From the NCBI RefSeq assembly GCF_009914755.1, contig NC_060936.1: DNA of 64,000 bases; one strand, given 5' to 3'. Below the pieces are notes generated by a model. The model was not told the DNA's origin. It saw only the letters and a list, made by a program, of their open reading frames with translations, and ran no database searches. The position numbers were made by a program, and so were the translations under genes. Positions 1 to 12,509 of this stretch are shown here, in pieces; position 1 is the first letter of the stretch, and the number at the start of each line of letters is the position of its first letter. Origin of the DNA: the human T2T-CHM13v2.0 reference genome, Homo sapiens.

Positions 1-334
1 ACACAGGCTCTGCCTATATTCTTTAGTATTTTATTTAGTACTGCATACAAGAGAACTAAATTTGTTAAACTAGCAAATAATTTTACTTTATCAAACTGAA
101 GCTTTTTTGATATAAAAGTATTTGTCTTCAGTGGTATCTATTTTTACATATTACATATGTTTCACTAATTTGCATTTCTTTGCATTCTGTATCATTGAGG
201 TGCCAAGAAGCCCAGACAGTAGATAAGAGTTTTTTCCTGTGTTACAGTCTTCTCAAATTACCCCTGCTACTAAAAGAGGAAAAGGGCCTTCATACAGAGT
301 TCAGAGGCTAGTGCCCAGCCTTATGAAGAATACA

Positions 335-1051
335 CAATAGCAAATTCTCTCAATGTCACCTCATCACTGAATTTTTAAAATCAATCTATTTAAAATAGCA
401 CTCTCCTACCCTAGTACTCCCTAACCACATTTTCTGTTTTATTTTTTTCTGTAGTTCTCATTATCACCTATATTACTTGGCTAGGTCTACCTTAACTAAA
501 TACTACCAATTGCGTGTCTCAAAGCAACAGAAATGTATTCTTTCACAGTTCTGGAGGCAAGAATTTTAAATCAAGGTGTCAGAAAGCCCATGCTTTCCCA
601 CTCAAGAATCTGGAAAAGAATCCTTCCTCGCTTCTTCTGGCTTCTGGCGGCTCCATTCAATCCTTGGTGTTCTCTGGCCTGTAAGATGCACCACTCCAAA
701 TCTCCCTCCATCTTCAGGTGCTCCTCTGTATGTCTTCTTCCTTACTCATAAGGACACATCCCATTGGACTTAGGTCCCCCCGCCAGTCCAGTATTACTTA
801 TCTTTACTTGATTGCATCAGTCAAGTCCCTATTTCCAAATAAGGTCACATCCTGATGTTTTAGATGGACAAGAATTTGTGGGAGATAGTATTCAAACTAT
901 TACACTACCTGATGTACAAAGTGTGTTGTGTATTTACTTACTTGCTGTCTTACCACACTAGAATACATTCATGAGGACAGGGACTTTATTTTTCTCCTTC
1001 ATTCATGATAATGTTCCTAGATCCTACAGTGGTATTCAGTAAATTATTGTT
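335..1051 (+). mobile_element. L2 3' end fragment, split by an MLT1 LTR
   Basis: L2-like text (aatgtcacctc...ttatcacc | ...cactagaatacattcatgaggacagggacttt...ttcagtaaattattgtt) on both sides of the LTR. Confidence 0.6.
469..904 (-). mobile_element. MaLR solo LTR (MLT1B/C-like)
   Basis: aacagaaatgtattctttcacagttctggaggc...ccctatttccaaataaggtcacat are typical MLT1 motifs. Confidence 0.8.
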
Positions 1052-2119
1052 TTCAAATAAAAGAAAACATTGTAATCCTGTAGTCCAAGTATTATTTAGG
1101 AATGATATTCCTTTTGTGAATCAATATTATAAACCATAAATCAGAATTGATACCCATAGGACCAAGTATGTCAGTATAAGACTTTAAATTATCAGCATTT
1201 TTCCGATTACACTGTGTTATACAGATTGCCCATGCTCAGGAATGATTATCTTAGTTGCTAAATATGATTGTTTACAGAATCTTGACCTTAAATCTTATTA
1301 TATCAATATTTCCCTTGTTTGAGACACTCTTTCTCTTTTCTTTTTTTGTATTCTCAAAAATCTCTCATCTCTTATCATTTCCTAGGACCAGCCAGGGTCA
1401 GGACATTGATCTAAAGAATAAAAGAGAAGTTGAACTTTATCCATAAAATAGGCCAAGTAAATTTCTACACTTCTAAGTCACAGAGGACAATATTGAGACA
1501 CAGGTTATTGTCTCTCTTCTTATACTCCCAATTTGAAAAACTGATTCTAAGTATAGGAAAATTCTCTATTCTCATCTCTATGACTTTCATTTTAATCAAT
1601 GTGGTTACCAGCACAGTGGAGCATCTGGAGTAATACATGAATATTTCAAAAGGATAAATGAATAAAATAGACTTTTAAAACAAGGCAGTATTTAAAACCA
1701 TTTATTTAACAAAAGAGAAATGATTTTAAGGTCCATATAAAGTGGAATGGTTTCATACTTTTAATTTTTTCTTGTCCCACCACCAATTCAATTAGTTTAA
1801 CATCCAACTCACAATAATGTATAACATCAAATGAGAAAAATATCAAATTGGATATTGAAGCAGATTTACACTAAACATATTGCAAATATTGAACAATTCC
1901 TTCAAATAACCAACAGGAAACTTAATATTTAAAAATGTGGCATACAATATACATATTTAAATATATTATAGAATTATTAAGAAAAGTAGACTATGAAAAT
2001 ATTTCATATGATATTGTTTCTAATCTATGCTAAAGACCACATTGAAAGTCTCAAAAATTTCCTTGTCAGTAAGGAGTATTTTAGGTTTTGTATGGAATAC
2101 AAATGGACCAATTATCTAT

Positions 2120-2635
2120 ATGTATGGAATTTCTCAGATAAATCAGTAAAATATTTGCCACCAGATTTCTCAGAGCAGCTTAGCTAGGTGGTTGTGGCTC
2201 AAGATTTCTCAAGAGATTGCAGTAAAGCTGTTGGCCAGGACTTCGGTCAAACAAATGAATGCTCAACTGGGGCTCAACAAATGCTACAACTCTGCTTCCC
2301 ATCTCACTCAGACTGCTGTTGGCAGAACTTTCTTCCCCTTTGGCTATTGGGTAGAGACATCAGTTCTTTGACTTGTGGACCTCTTCCTAGCCAGTCCTGA
2401 ATGTCCTTATGACAGCGCAGCTGGCTTCCTCCAGAGCAAGTCTGAGATAGAGAAAAAGCAAGTGCATCTAAGTGTCTTTTATAGTCTAACCTCAGTAGTA
2501 ACATATCATTTCTTTTGCCATATACTGTTGAACACACAGACCACCCTGGTACAATATGGAGGCTGGAAATATACAAGTGTGTGCACACCATGAGTTGGGA
2601 ATCTTTCAGGGCATCTTAGAGGCTGGCCATCATAC
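2120..2635 (-). mobile_element. MaLR LTR (MLT1F/G-like)
   Basis: cagcttagctaggtggttgtggctcaagatttctc...gggcatcttagaggctggccatcata. Confidence 0.6.
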
Positions 2636-2716
2636 ACATTAATCTACATTTTGGGCAGAACAGTTATATATTGCGCAGGAATATCCTGTGTATTCAAGGA
2701 TGTTACCATTTCTGGG

Positions 2717-3010
2717 GGTTGGGCATGGCGGCTCATGTCTGTAATCCAAGCACTTTGGGAGGCCACAGTGTGTGAATCACTAGAGGTCAGGAGTTTGAGA
2801 CCAACCTGGCCAACATGGTGAAACCCCATCTCTACTAAAAATACAAAAATCAGCCGGTCATGGTGGTGTACAACTGTAATCCCAGCTACTGGGGAGGCTG
2901 AGGCATGATAATCACTTGAACTCAGGAGACAGATGTTGCAATGAGCTGAGATTGTGTCACTGCACTGCAGCCTGTGTTACAAAGTTAAACTCTGTCTCAA
3001 AAAAAAAAAA
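2717..3010 (+). mobile_element. AluS (Sx/Sz-like), full length
   Basis: Dimeric Alu with A tail; 18-bp TSD aaggatgttaccatttct (2696-2713) / aagtatgttaccatttct (3011-3028). Confidence 0.95.
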
Positions 3011-4238
3011 AAGTATGTTACCATTTCTATCCTCTCCATCTCTGTGTTCTTCCCCATGAAATTGAATGACAGTCATTGAGGAAATAAGAAATTCCCTCTG
3101 ACATTTCCAAAATCTTTTCAGTAGAAAGCAATATGTGAAATAGGAGATTCTGTTTGTTTTCAGATGCTGCTTTTTTAAAGAGGAGTCTCTGTGAACCTAT
3201 TAGAAATGCAAGAGAAGTTTATGTGAATTAGTCAGCAGATCCTTATTTAGAGGCAAGTCAGCCAGCCTGAGCTCCCCACCCCATGTCAAGGTGCATCAGA
3301 GTGTTCAGAAAGGTGATTCATTGTGACAGCAGGAATGTCTAATGATGTGCATAGCTCATTGAATTTTTAATAGAATATCCTATACATGAATCACTGTAAG
3401 ATATACTCCTATATAACAATGTCTGTGTCTATTTTCCCATTGTTCTTCATCAAACAACATTAGTGTTGAGTCCCTCGATTCCACCTACTGTAACAAAGCT
3501 GTGATTATCAAATCAATAAGTCCTTAGCCTGTTCAGATTCTATTTACAAAAGTCTTTACCACAGTGGTGTCTACAGACTTCAAATTATTTTTTCTTTTTA
3601 AAACAAATAAAAGTTCAGGGATTAAATTTGTTTTTCTCTGTCACAATAATGAAACAATAAATCATTTATTTCAAATTTATTTTACAAGTAACATATTCAT
3701 ATTCCTTGTCATATGCTTGCATGTCAAATGCCAAAGAGCACAATTTTTCATTCACTCACTCATTTGTTCATTTATCCAGAATTGAATACCTTTATTCAAT
3801 AAATATATTTATTCAATATTCTGACTACTTCAGAAACCCCTGTTAAATACCGACTAGGTTACCAAGAATAATCTCATCTGGATTCTTCCCCCCAAAAGAT
3901 CTGTACTCTCATAAAGAATGTTCATGTGTCATAATTACAAGGGAATTCATTATAGTCTTAATCAAAGGCTAGCTCAGGTAAAATGTAGGCAAAAATCATT
4001 CTCAGATCTATATTACCATAAAAGTCCCAATAGACATACAACATAAATTTCTTTAGAGTTTTAAATATTCAGGTATTTGAAATGAAGAAACAAATTATTT
4101 ATTAATATTGAATGCATAAGAACTACTAGACCAAAGTTAATGTCCTCTTATCAGGAGTTTTTCTTTATGGCACCAGGTTGACTTAAAGTTATGTTATTTG
4201 AAATGGACAATTTCATGCCTTCTTAGGTAACACCAATG

Positions 4239-4452
4239 CAGTGCAGTGCTAGAACCAGTATATGTGGCTTAAAATACCTAATTGCTGGTTTTAAAATCTC
4301 TCAAAATTGGTTGCCGCTGCATTTATAGCTTGAAATATTCCCACTGTGGTGGGAATATTTACTTCATGAAAATGCAGAAATACTACAAACCAGAGATTTT
4401 TAAAAATTCCCTTTAGAGAGCTTGTTGTTAGACATTTACCAGCACACTACTG
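4239..4452 (+). mobile_element. MER63-like hAT MITE
   Basis: Termini cagtgcagtgctag... and ...tttaccagcacactactg resemble MER63 TIRs. Confidence 0.6.
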
Positions 4453-6569
4453 AAGCAGTTTCTAGTCTTAAATTTGTGACCAAATGAGATAGGGCCATTC
4501 TAGTAGCACACTCAATATCATGTCATTTTCTTGAGTTTCATGGCAAGACTATTACCCTCGTCAACCAAAAGGATAATAATTTTCAGTCCAAAGGAACAAA
4601 GCATTCCAACGTCATTCAGAATATATATTTGGGATATATTACACTCCAGAAAATCAATCCAAGTATTCAAGAAAGAAAATTATCAATAAAAGTGTCTCAT
4701 TTGTCTTCAGTGTGATAAATACTTCAGATCAGTGAAAATAAAAAATACAAAAGAGAAAAAAATTCGTGGATGAATATTTGGATAGATCAAATTTTACCAC
4801 TTCTCTTTTAGGTAGAGAGTAATGGTTATTATTGCTGCTGCAAATTGGCCTCAAAATATTAGAGAACAAGGAGCTATCATCATAAAGCATGTAGTTTTAG
4901 TATTGTTTCATTAAAATAATAAGTTACTGGGCCCTCGACAGAACCTGTATGTCTTCTGTTAGGTAGTTATAAAATGTAAGTTTATGAATGTACACTTATT
5001 CAAAACTACCTTTATTTCTCTGAGCAATCAATATCACTATTTTCTTCATATATTTTGAAAATAAAGCAAGGAAAGGAAATGTTTGCCAAAAACTGTATTA
5101 CTATGATTTTAAGACTTTGATTATGAATACACCTGGGTCAGAAAATTTCAGTTCATGGTTCCCAGAGTGAAAATAGCTCTGGCAGGCTACATATAGTATA
5201 TATAAAAAGACATACACGTTAGAGTATATATGCAGTGCCAAAATGCTCCACCTGTGCACAGGGGCAGAGTTACTGTTGCTGGGGGAGATATAACCTTCTA
5301 ATGTACTTACTTCCATGTCTCTCAAAATTTTACTGTACTGAAGACTTTTGTTCTTATAGTTAATATATTTTAATATTGGAAATTTCAAGTACAATATAGA
5401 AATACTGAATCAAATAAGCTTTTTAATAAAATTTTAACCTCTAAACTTACAAATGGATGACCACAGACAAAATAGATACCTGGAAAATCAGGGTATTGAA
5501 CATGAACAACACTTCCCACTCCTAAGGCATGTGGGACTTTATTTTATATGAAAGAAACTACATACAAAATGTTTATCTGTATCCGGAACCTAATTAACAA
5601 TCTTGAAGTCTCTATTCCAATTAATGACAGAGTTATTCAATCTATCACTGTCATTTTGAATTTACCATAGTTTTAAAAGAATGACCTAAAGACTATGGAG
5701 ATGCAATTGCTACTAACTATAGTGCTGGCATTTACATGCCATATTGTTGTCTTACAAATGTTGTTATACCCAATCATATCTTTCATATTATCACACTGCG
5801 TTAAAATATTTCTTTACGTGGTTGTCACTTCCCAATAGTTTTTAGGTCCCTTTAAATTAAATAATATTTATAGTTCACTTTTACTTATTGAGTCCCTAAC
5901 ATCACCTGATACATCACATTTATAAGCATTTTGATGAAATGTATAAAATCAGTTATGTAATTTGGGATTTATAGGTTTTTAAAAACCTACAAATTTTTGA
6001 ATTCCATATTTATAATCAGTATTTGTGCACTGTAATTATTCATTTTCCTCAGTAGCAGTTCTTGTGAGATAACTCAGTGTCTCTTTATGAACCACAACAA
6101 CAAAAAAACAAGGTCTGTAGGACTTCCCTTGGTCAATATGAGTTTGTAGTTGGGGGAAGAAGAAATACTTGAGTTTAGTGTCCTTTTTTAGCCCTTCATG
6201 TACTAGCAGCACTCATTACTTCCCCATAGAAACCTAAAGAGTTGGCCATGGGAAAGAATAAGGAAACAAGCAGTAGAGTGAGAAGGGAAAGAATGTTTTA
6301 TATGTATATATATATATATATGAAAACAATGAGAGAATGTAGGAAGCAAGAAGCAAGAAGGGTCAGAGAGAAAGAAAAAACATGCAGGATGCCAAAGCTC
6401 TGTCAACTCGCTGACCTTAATGCCTACTTTTAAATTATCATTACTTAATCCAGATAAATGTTCCATTTCTTTCCATCTGGAAATGTTATCATGAGTTTGT
6501 ATGGAAAAAAATATAACTACAGAAGAGTACACACATGCACATGCACGCACGCACACACACACTCACATA

Positions 6570-6956
6570 TTATTAGTGTATTCTCACACTGGTATAAATA
6601 AATACCTGAGACTGGGTAATTTACTAAGAAAAGAGGTTTAATTGGCTCATGATTCTGTAGTCTGTACAGGAAGTATGACAGGATCTGCTTCTGGAGAGGC
6701 CTCAGGAAACATAATCATGGCAAAAGATGAAGAGAAAGCAGGCATGTCTTACATGGCAGGAGCAGGAGGAAGAGAGAGAGTTGGGATGTGCCACAAGCTT
6801 TTAAACGACCAGATCTCATGAGCACTCTACTATGAGAACAGCACTAGGAGAAACTGCCACCATGATTCGATCACCTCCCACCAGGCCCTCCCTTCAGCAT
6901 TGGGGATTAATAGTTCAACATGAGATTTGCAGGGGATACAGATCCAAACCATATCA
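6570..6956 (-). mobile_element. MSTA-like MaLR solo LTR
   Basis: tacctgagactgggtaattt...aagaaaagaggtttaattggctca...atccaaaccatatca. Confidence 0.9.
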
Positions 6957-7529
6957 TATGCCCTCTACCTTTCCATTCCACAGCACATGTTATTAATTGG
7001 ATGAATGTCAATCCTATCTATAGATTTGGAAGTCAGAAAAACAAAATAACTAAGATATGTCTTTTATTGAATATAATAAATTAGTAAACAAGAAAATGGG
7101 TTTCAAAAATCTTTAGGGATTTCTTCTTTTATGAGGTTCTATCGACAGATAATCACTTCACTCACACACGCACATGCATGCACACACACACACAAATTCC
7201 ATGTAAATAAATTTTACTGAACAATGAATAGAATTACAGTAGCCATAGGTTAACATAAAGCTAGTTTGTAATTATGTCATTATATTTCAACATAATCTAT
7301 TACTATCTACTTTCCTTCACTAAAGTAAAAATTTCTAGATGGTCTCATTGTCCTATTTTTTCAATGTTTTGATCAGCACAAATCCCATATTTAAATATTT
7401 GGTCTTTTGACAAGATAATATTCCCTTTTCAGTTTGTTCTAAAACCTTAGATGTAGGTTCTTATAGATGAAGTAGTGACTTTAGAGTGATTACACATTGA
7501 GATTGAAAAGAACTTTCATCTCCTCTGAG

Positions 7530-7745
7530 GCATTGGTGAAGTGCATGGGTTCTGAAATCAGACAGTTTAGTATTCCCTGTCTACAGTTACCCAGTCACAT
7601 AGATAACTATAGACGAATTATTTAACCTTTCTGCCTTTAGTTTCCTCTTTGTAAATTGAGAATTATAATATTACTTATCTCTATGGTTGTAAAGGTGAAC
7701 TATTTAGATTAGTTCCTCACGCATAATAATGAGTCTAAAATATTG
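7530..7745 (+). mobile_element. MIR SINE
   Basis: MIR core ttatttaacctttctgcctttagtttcctctttgtaaattgagaattataata. Confidence 0.7.
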
Positions 7746-8065
7746 CTTTTATCTTTTTTAGTGTTATCTAGTACAGAAGCATCAAATTGTTGAGAACATA
7801 AAGCCAAGAAATAATGAATAATGAGTAATTTCTGAAAGATTATAGAATTTATTAGTGGCACAACTAGTACTAGAAACTAGACAATATATTATCCAGAACT
7901 TGGAAAAATAAAAAAAAGAAAGGAGAAAGATAGGAAAGATGTGTACCCATTTTGTTGTTGGTGGTGGTGGTTTCTCATAAGCATGATTTAATCTCATAAT
8001 TTGAAAATATTTTGTATATACAGGTAGTATTATTGACCTTGATGCATACAGCAATACTAACAATG

Positions 8066-8094
8066 CTATATATATATATATATATATATATATA
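8066..8094. repeat. (TA)n microsatellite
   Basis: Directly visible TA run. Confidence 0.95.
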
Positions 8095-8759
8095 ATGTAT
8101 ACCTGAGACTTGTAAACTGCAAAAATTGGTTTGGGTGAAGATTAAAAATATAGAATCTCTCAGGGGCATTGGTGGCTTTTATACATATTTTTTTCCCAAG
8201 GTAAATTAGGCAACAATGGTCCCTTCTTTGTGTTGGTCAAAATCATCCAAAAATGTTTCTCAAAATCTCTAAGAAACTTATATGATTGGAAAAATCTATT
8301 TTCAAAGTTAAAGACATGCTTAATAATGCACTGTTTAAATCTATATCAGTAATGGTCATTTTTGAATAAAAGTGTTAAGATCACTGACTCAAATGACTTG
8401 AAAATAGATAACAACCAAGTAAATAAAATTATTACTAGAAGGACACCTGGGACCTTATTCCATTATATTCTAGCCACATACATGTTGAATGCATGATAAC
8501 AGGTCCAAACATAGCAGACATTCCCAGGTCAATTTCCAGTGGAGGGAAGCCTCCTCATAGTGCCTACTTAAGCAAGTATAGCATTATGTAATGTAAAAAT
8601 ATCAGACTATTTGATAGGAATTTTCTAAAACAGAATACACACGTACACAAGCACATGCACATGTGTGTGTGTATGTACAGATCTTCATATATGTATATGT
8701 GTATTTATATGTATATGTGTGTGGATATATATGCACATATATACACTTATACATACAGA

Positions 8760-9870
8760 AGGACGGCTACTCAGATGACCTTGCTTGATCCATTTTCTCC
8801 CCCTTGTGCTTGTAGTTCTTAGATACAAAAATGCAACATCCTAAGTTAAAGAGAAAGTGCTGGCAAAACCTGAGCTATGTCTTCATCACTCCTAGAACAG
8901 GATATTCTGCAACACTTGAACTTAGTGATTCAAGAATCACCCAAGTGATCCAAGAAACACCTTAGTGATTCAAGAAAAACCCATCCAAGCACCCTAAAAC
9001 TACTCTGTGCTGAAGTTAGAGCCATGCCCTGTTTCAAAAACATTTAAAAATCGGTCTGATAGGTTTTTCCTTTATAAAACAAACAAATAAACAAAAAACA
9101 ATTGCAGAGCCTGTATAATGTAAAGGAGATCTTATTGGAAAATAGGAGAAATGACTTTGGTATACCTTGAGTTTATCGTAGATAAAGACCATAAGCACTT
9201 TTAAATCCAGTTGAAGTGCAGTGAAAAAAAGTCATTTATATCTGATAGTTATGAAAGGTGTGGAACTCAGGGTGACGTTCTTTACAAATTCATCACCCAT
9301 GGTGCAAAACGAAGCATGCACAGACATGCCTTCATAAGCCCTGGGCAGCCTAAGGCACTGGCTCACTTCAGATCCTAGGGGTTATGGTCTGCAAGTTTGT
9401 TCCCCCTCAAAATTCATATGTTAATACTTAATCCCAATGTAATAGTATTAAGAAGTGGGGACTTTGGCAGGTGATAGATGATTTTATAGGAATTTTCTAA
9501 AACAGAGTACACACATACACATAGATGGAATTAGCACCCTTATAAAAAGGGCCAGAGGGAGCTTGTTTACCTTTTTCACTATGTGAAGACACACAGAAAA
9601 GTTACCATCTTTGAAACAGAGAGTGAGCGCTCACAGGATGTTACATCTTCTGCTATCTTCATCTTGGACTTCCTACCATCCAGAACTGTGAACCATAAAT
9701 TTCTATCATTTATAAGTTACCCAGGCTAAGATATTTTATTATAGCAGCTCACATGAACTAAGGTGCTTCTATTTATTGCCACCCATTTGTGAGTAATATA
9801 TATGCTTTGCATGACTTGTGTGGGTGTTATGTCTCCCTTGTAGATGTATTGGGTCTTCTTTGTACCCCAC
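8760..9870 (+). mobile_element. ERVL LTR (LTR47-like), interrupted by MLT1A0; contains three 20-bp tandem units at 8921-8980
   Basis: aatgcaacatcctaag...cctagaacaggatattc and ctgggcagc...gatcctagg|cttct...gtgtgggtgttatgtctc resemble LTR47 as I recall it. Confidence 0.5.
9380..9765 (+). mobile_element. MLT1A0 solo LTR
   Basis: tatggtctgcaagtttgttccccctcaaaattcatatgtt...atcttggacttcctaccatccagaactgtga...aactaagg. Confidence 0.85.
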
Positions 9871-10384
9871 AACTGTTCTCATGATGTTGGGACTGCTAGG
9901 GCATCTGGGTCTACTATAACCCTGACCAGCCTTAAGAACTTTTGTAATACACCTACACATTCTCTTAAAAAGATAAAGGAAGTGGGAAATCCTTTTTTCA
10001 AATTTTATGTTCATTTTTACAAAGGTTTGCATGTTTGGCAAAGCTTAAAACAGACGACGCCTTCAATTTTCTATGTCAACAGATAGGAATAGTCATCTAG
10101 ACAATTCAAAGAGTGTTTAGATTTTTTTCTAGTCAGTTTATTTATATAATTATATATTTGCTTATGCTAATATTAGTTGGAATTGCGACTGCCTGGATAA
10201 ATATTGTCTAGGAGACAGGAAACAGCTGGAATATATTTGAAATAAGGCATGAATTAAAACTTCACCAGTTTTAACTCTCAGCACAGATGATCCAAAGTCA
10301 GCAACACTTATTTACTTTCTGGTGTGTGTATGGCTTCTTCTGTGGCCAAATACCTTTAAGGGTTTCCAGTGTTTGGAAGAGAAG

Positions 10385-10880
10385 TCATTTATTTATTCAT
10401 TCAACACTCATTTATTGAAATACTTCAGTCATTGGCTTAAGGGATGCACAGATAAATAAGGTACTGATGTTATGAAGATTACATAACATTTTAGAAGAAC
10501 ATATAAGAAAATAAATTATAATACAACAAGCAAGGGTTATAAAGTGACAAGAAACAAGTTGGTTTACAGTTTAGATATTGGATTAATTGATGAGATATGG
10601 TTGAAAACATGCTTCACAAAGTTAATTTTAAACTAAAGCTTAAATAATAGCTTCCCAACATCAAAGGAGGAAATAAAATATGCAAGTAGTTACGGTAATC
10701 AAAGGAATGTCTTCATTTAGCAAAATTTGGGAAGTGTGGAAAGAATGAGGAATAGGTGAATGATAGGAAAACTGAGATGGAGAGAAACATGGAGTCAGAC
10801 TCGGGAGACAGCATATGCTACCAGTGAATTTAGTCAGACCTTAATTAACTGGTAGCATAGGAAAAAGTGTTTAAAGTAAT
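10385..10880 (-). mobile_element. L2 fragment
   Basis: attcattcaacactcatttattga...gggatgcacagataaataag is an L2 3' tail. Confidence 0.55.
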
Positions 10881-11531
10881 CAGTATTTGAAATTCAGCAC
10901 CAATTTTTTTTGTTTTTCCAAAGTTTAGTAAAACTCTTAATTGCAGTCCTCAGCTCAGCTCTAGATGTTTAGTTTATACTGATCTTCTATTTGGTACAGC
11001 AATTTTAAGGGAATATTTAGAAATGTGACTGTTGTTCATTTAGGATGCTAAAGAAAGGAGGAGAATGAAGAGAGAAACATACGTGAGTGCTGAAAATAAA
11101 GTTAGTAAGTGGTAGGTAATCAGACCCTCATCCCCACAGAGAGTTTTGCTGAGCCCAGTGTACTCTTCTGCATGTGCTGTAGGTTACCTTTCTAAGGAAA
11201 GTATTCCACCTTATGTTTCTCTCCAATTTCATCAGACAAGAGCAACTACAACCCTACCATTGGTCTATAAACAGATGTCTTAACACCAAACCATTTTGTC
11301 AAGTTTATGGGTAAGACAGTTGCTAAGCACCTGTAGAACTTGAGGTCAATGGGAAGTTAGAGTCAGGCACAATACTTCTTGTTAGAGGGAAAACAAACAA
11401 ACAAAAACAAACAAAACCAGAAAACACCAATTTACTGGGAAGCTAAGGTTAAATGAAACTTATCCTGCTGGTAAAGCAGAATTCCTAGTCCCAAGAAGCT
11501 CTTTATTACAAAAAGTCAAAGTGAGATTCCA

Positions 11532-11850
11532 GACCCAGTGCAATGGCTCATACCCGTAATCCCAGCATTTTCAGAGCCTGAGGAGGGAAGACCACTTGAG
11601 GCCAGGAGTTTGAGATCAACCTGGGCCACATAGCAAGACCACATATCTGCTAAAAAAATAAAAAATAGCCAAGTGTAGTGTCATGTGCCTATAGTCCTAG
11701 CTACTCAGGAGGCTGAGGCAGGAGGATCTCTTGAGCCTAGGAGCTTGAGGTTATAGTGAGCAATGCTCATACTACTACAATGCAGCCTGGGTGATAGAGT
11801 GAAACTCCTCTCAAAAAAATAAATGAATGAATAATTTAAAAGAATTTTTA
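11532..11850 (+). mobile_element. AluJ
   Basis: AluJ diagnostics (gaggccaggagtt, catagcaagacc, ggaggatctcttgagcc); TSD aaaagtcaaagtgagattcca (11511-11531) / aaaagttgaagtgagatttca (11851-11871). Confidence 0.9.
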
Positions 11851-11882
11851 AAAAGTTGAAGTGAGATTTCAAGTTTATTTTC

Positions 11883-12509
11883 TTTTTTTTTAAATTTTAT
11901 TACACTTTAAGTTTTAGGGTACATGTGCACAATGTGCAGATTAGTTACATGTGTATATATGTGCCATGCTGGTGTGCTGCACCCATTAACTCGTCATTTA
12001 GCATTAAGTATATTTCCTAATGCTATCCCTCCCCCTTCCCCCCACCCCACAACAGTCCCCAGAGTGTGATGTTCCCCTTCCTGTGTCCATGTGTTCTCAT
12101 TGTTCAATTCCCACCTATGAGTGAGAACATGCGGTGTTTGGTTTTTTGTCCTTGCAATAGTTTACTAAGAATGATGATTTCCAATTTCATCCATGTCCCT
12201 ACAAAGGACATGAACTCATCATTTTTATGGCTGCATAGTATTCCATGGTGTATATGTGCCACATTTTCTTAATCCAGTCTATCATTGTTGGACATTTGGG
12301 TTGGTTCCAAGTCTTTGCTATTGTGAATAGTGCCTCAATAAAAATACGTGTGCATGTGTTTTTATAGCAGCATGATTTATAGTCCTTTGGGTATATACCC
12401 AGTAATGGGATGGCTGGGTCAAATGGTATTTCTAGTTCTAGATCCCTGAGGAATCGCCACACTGACTTCCCCAATGGTTGAACTAGTTTACACTCCCACC
12501 AACAGTGTA
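11883..12509 (-). mobile_element. 5'-truncated L1PA3-like element (#1)
   Basis: L1 3'UTR plus ORF2 C-terminus (ORF 12199-12474); perfect 12-bp TSD aagtttattttc (11871-11882 / 12510-12521). Confidence 0.95.

Noticed and set aside
3150-3700. Repeat-free, motif-rich stretch suggesting a conserved enhancer or lncRNA exon (similar at 36720-36910)
   Set aside because: Cannot be assessed without conservation or chromatin data.
5300-5365. Minus-strand GTAAGT donor with a short open frame (possible exon)
   Set aside because: No convincing acceptor or partner exon and no recognisable peptide.
8921-8980. Three 20-bp repeats resembling a CRISPR-like array
   Set aside because: No spacers; a tandem duplication inside an LTR in primate DNA.
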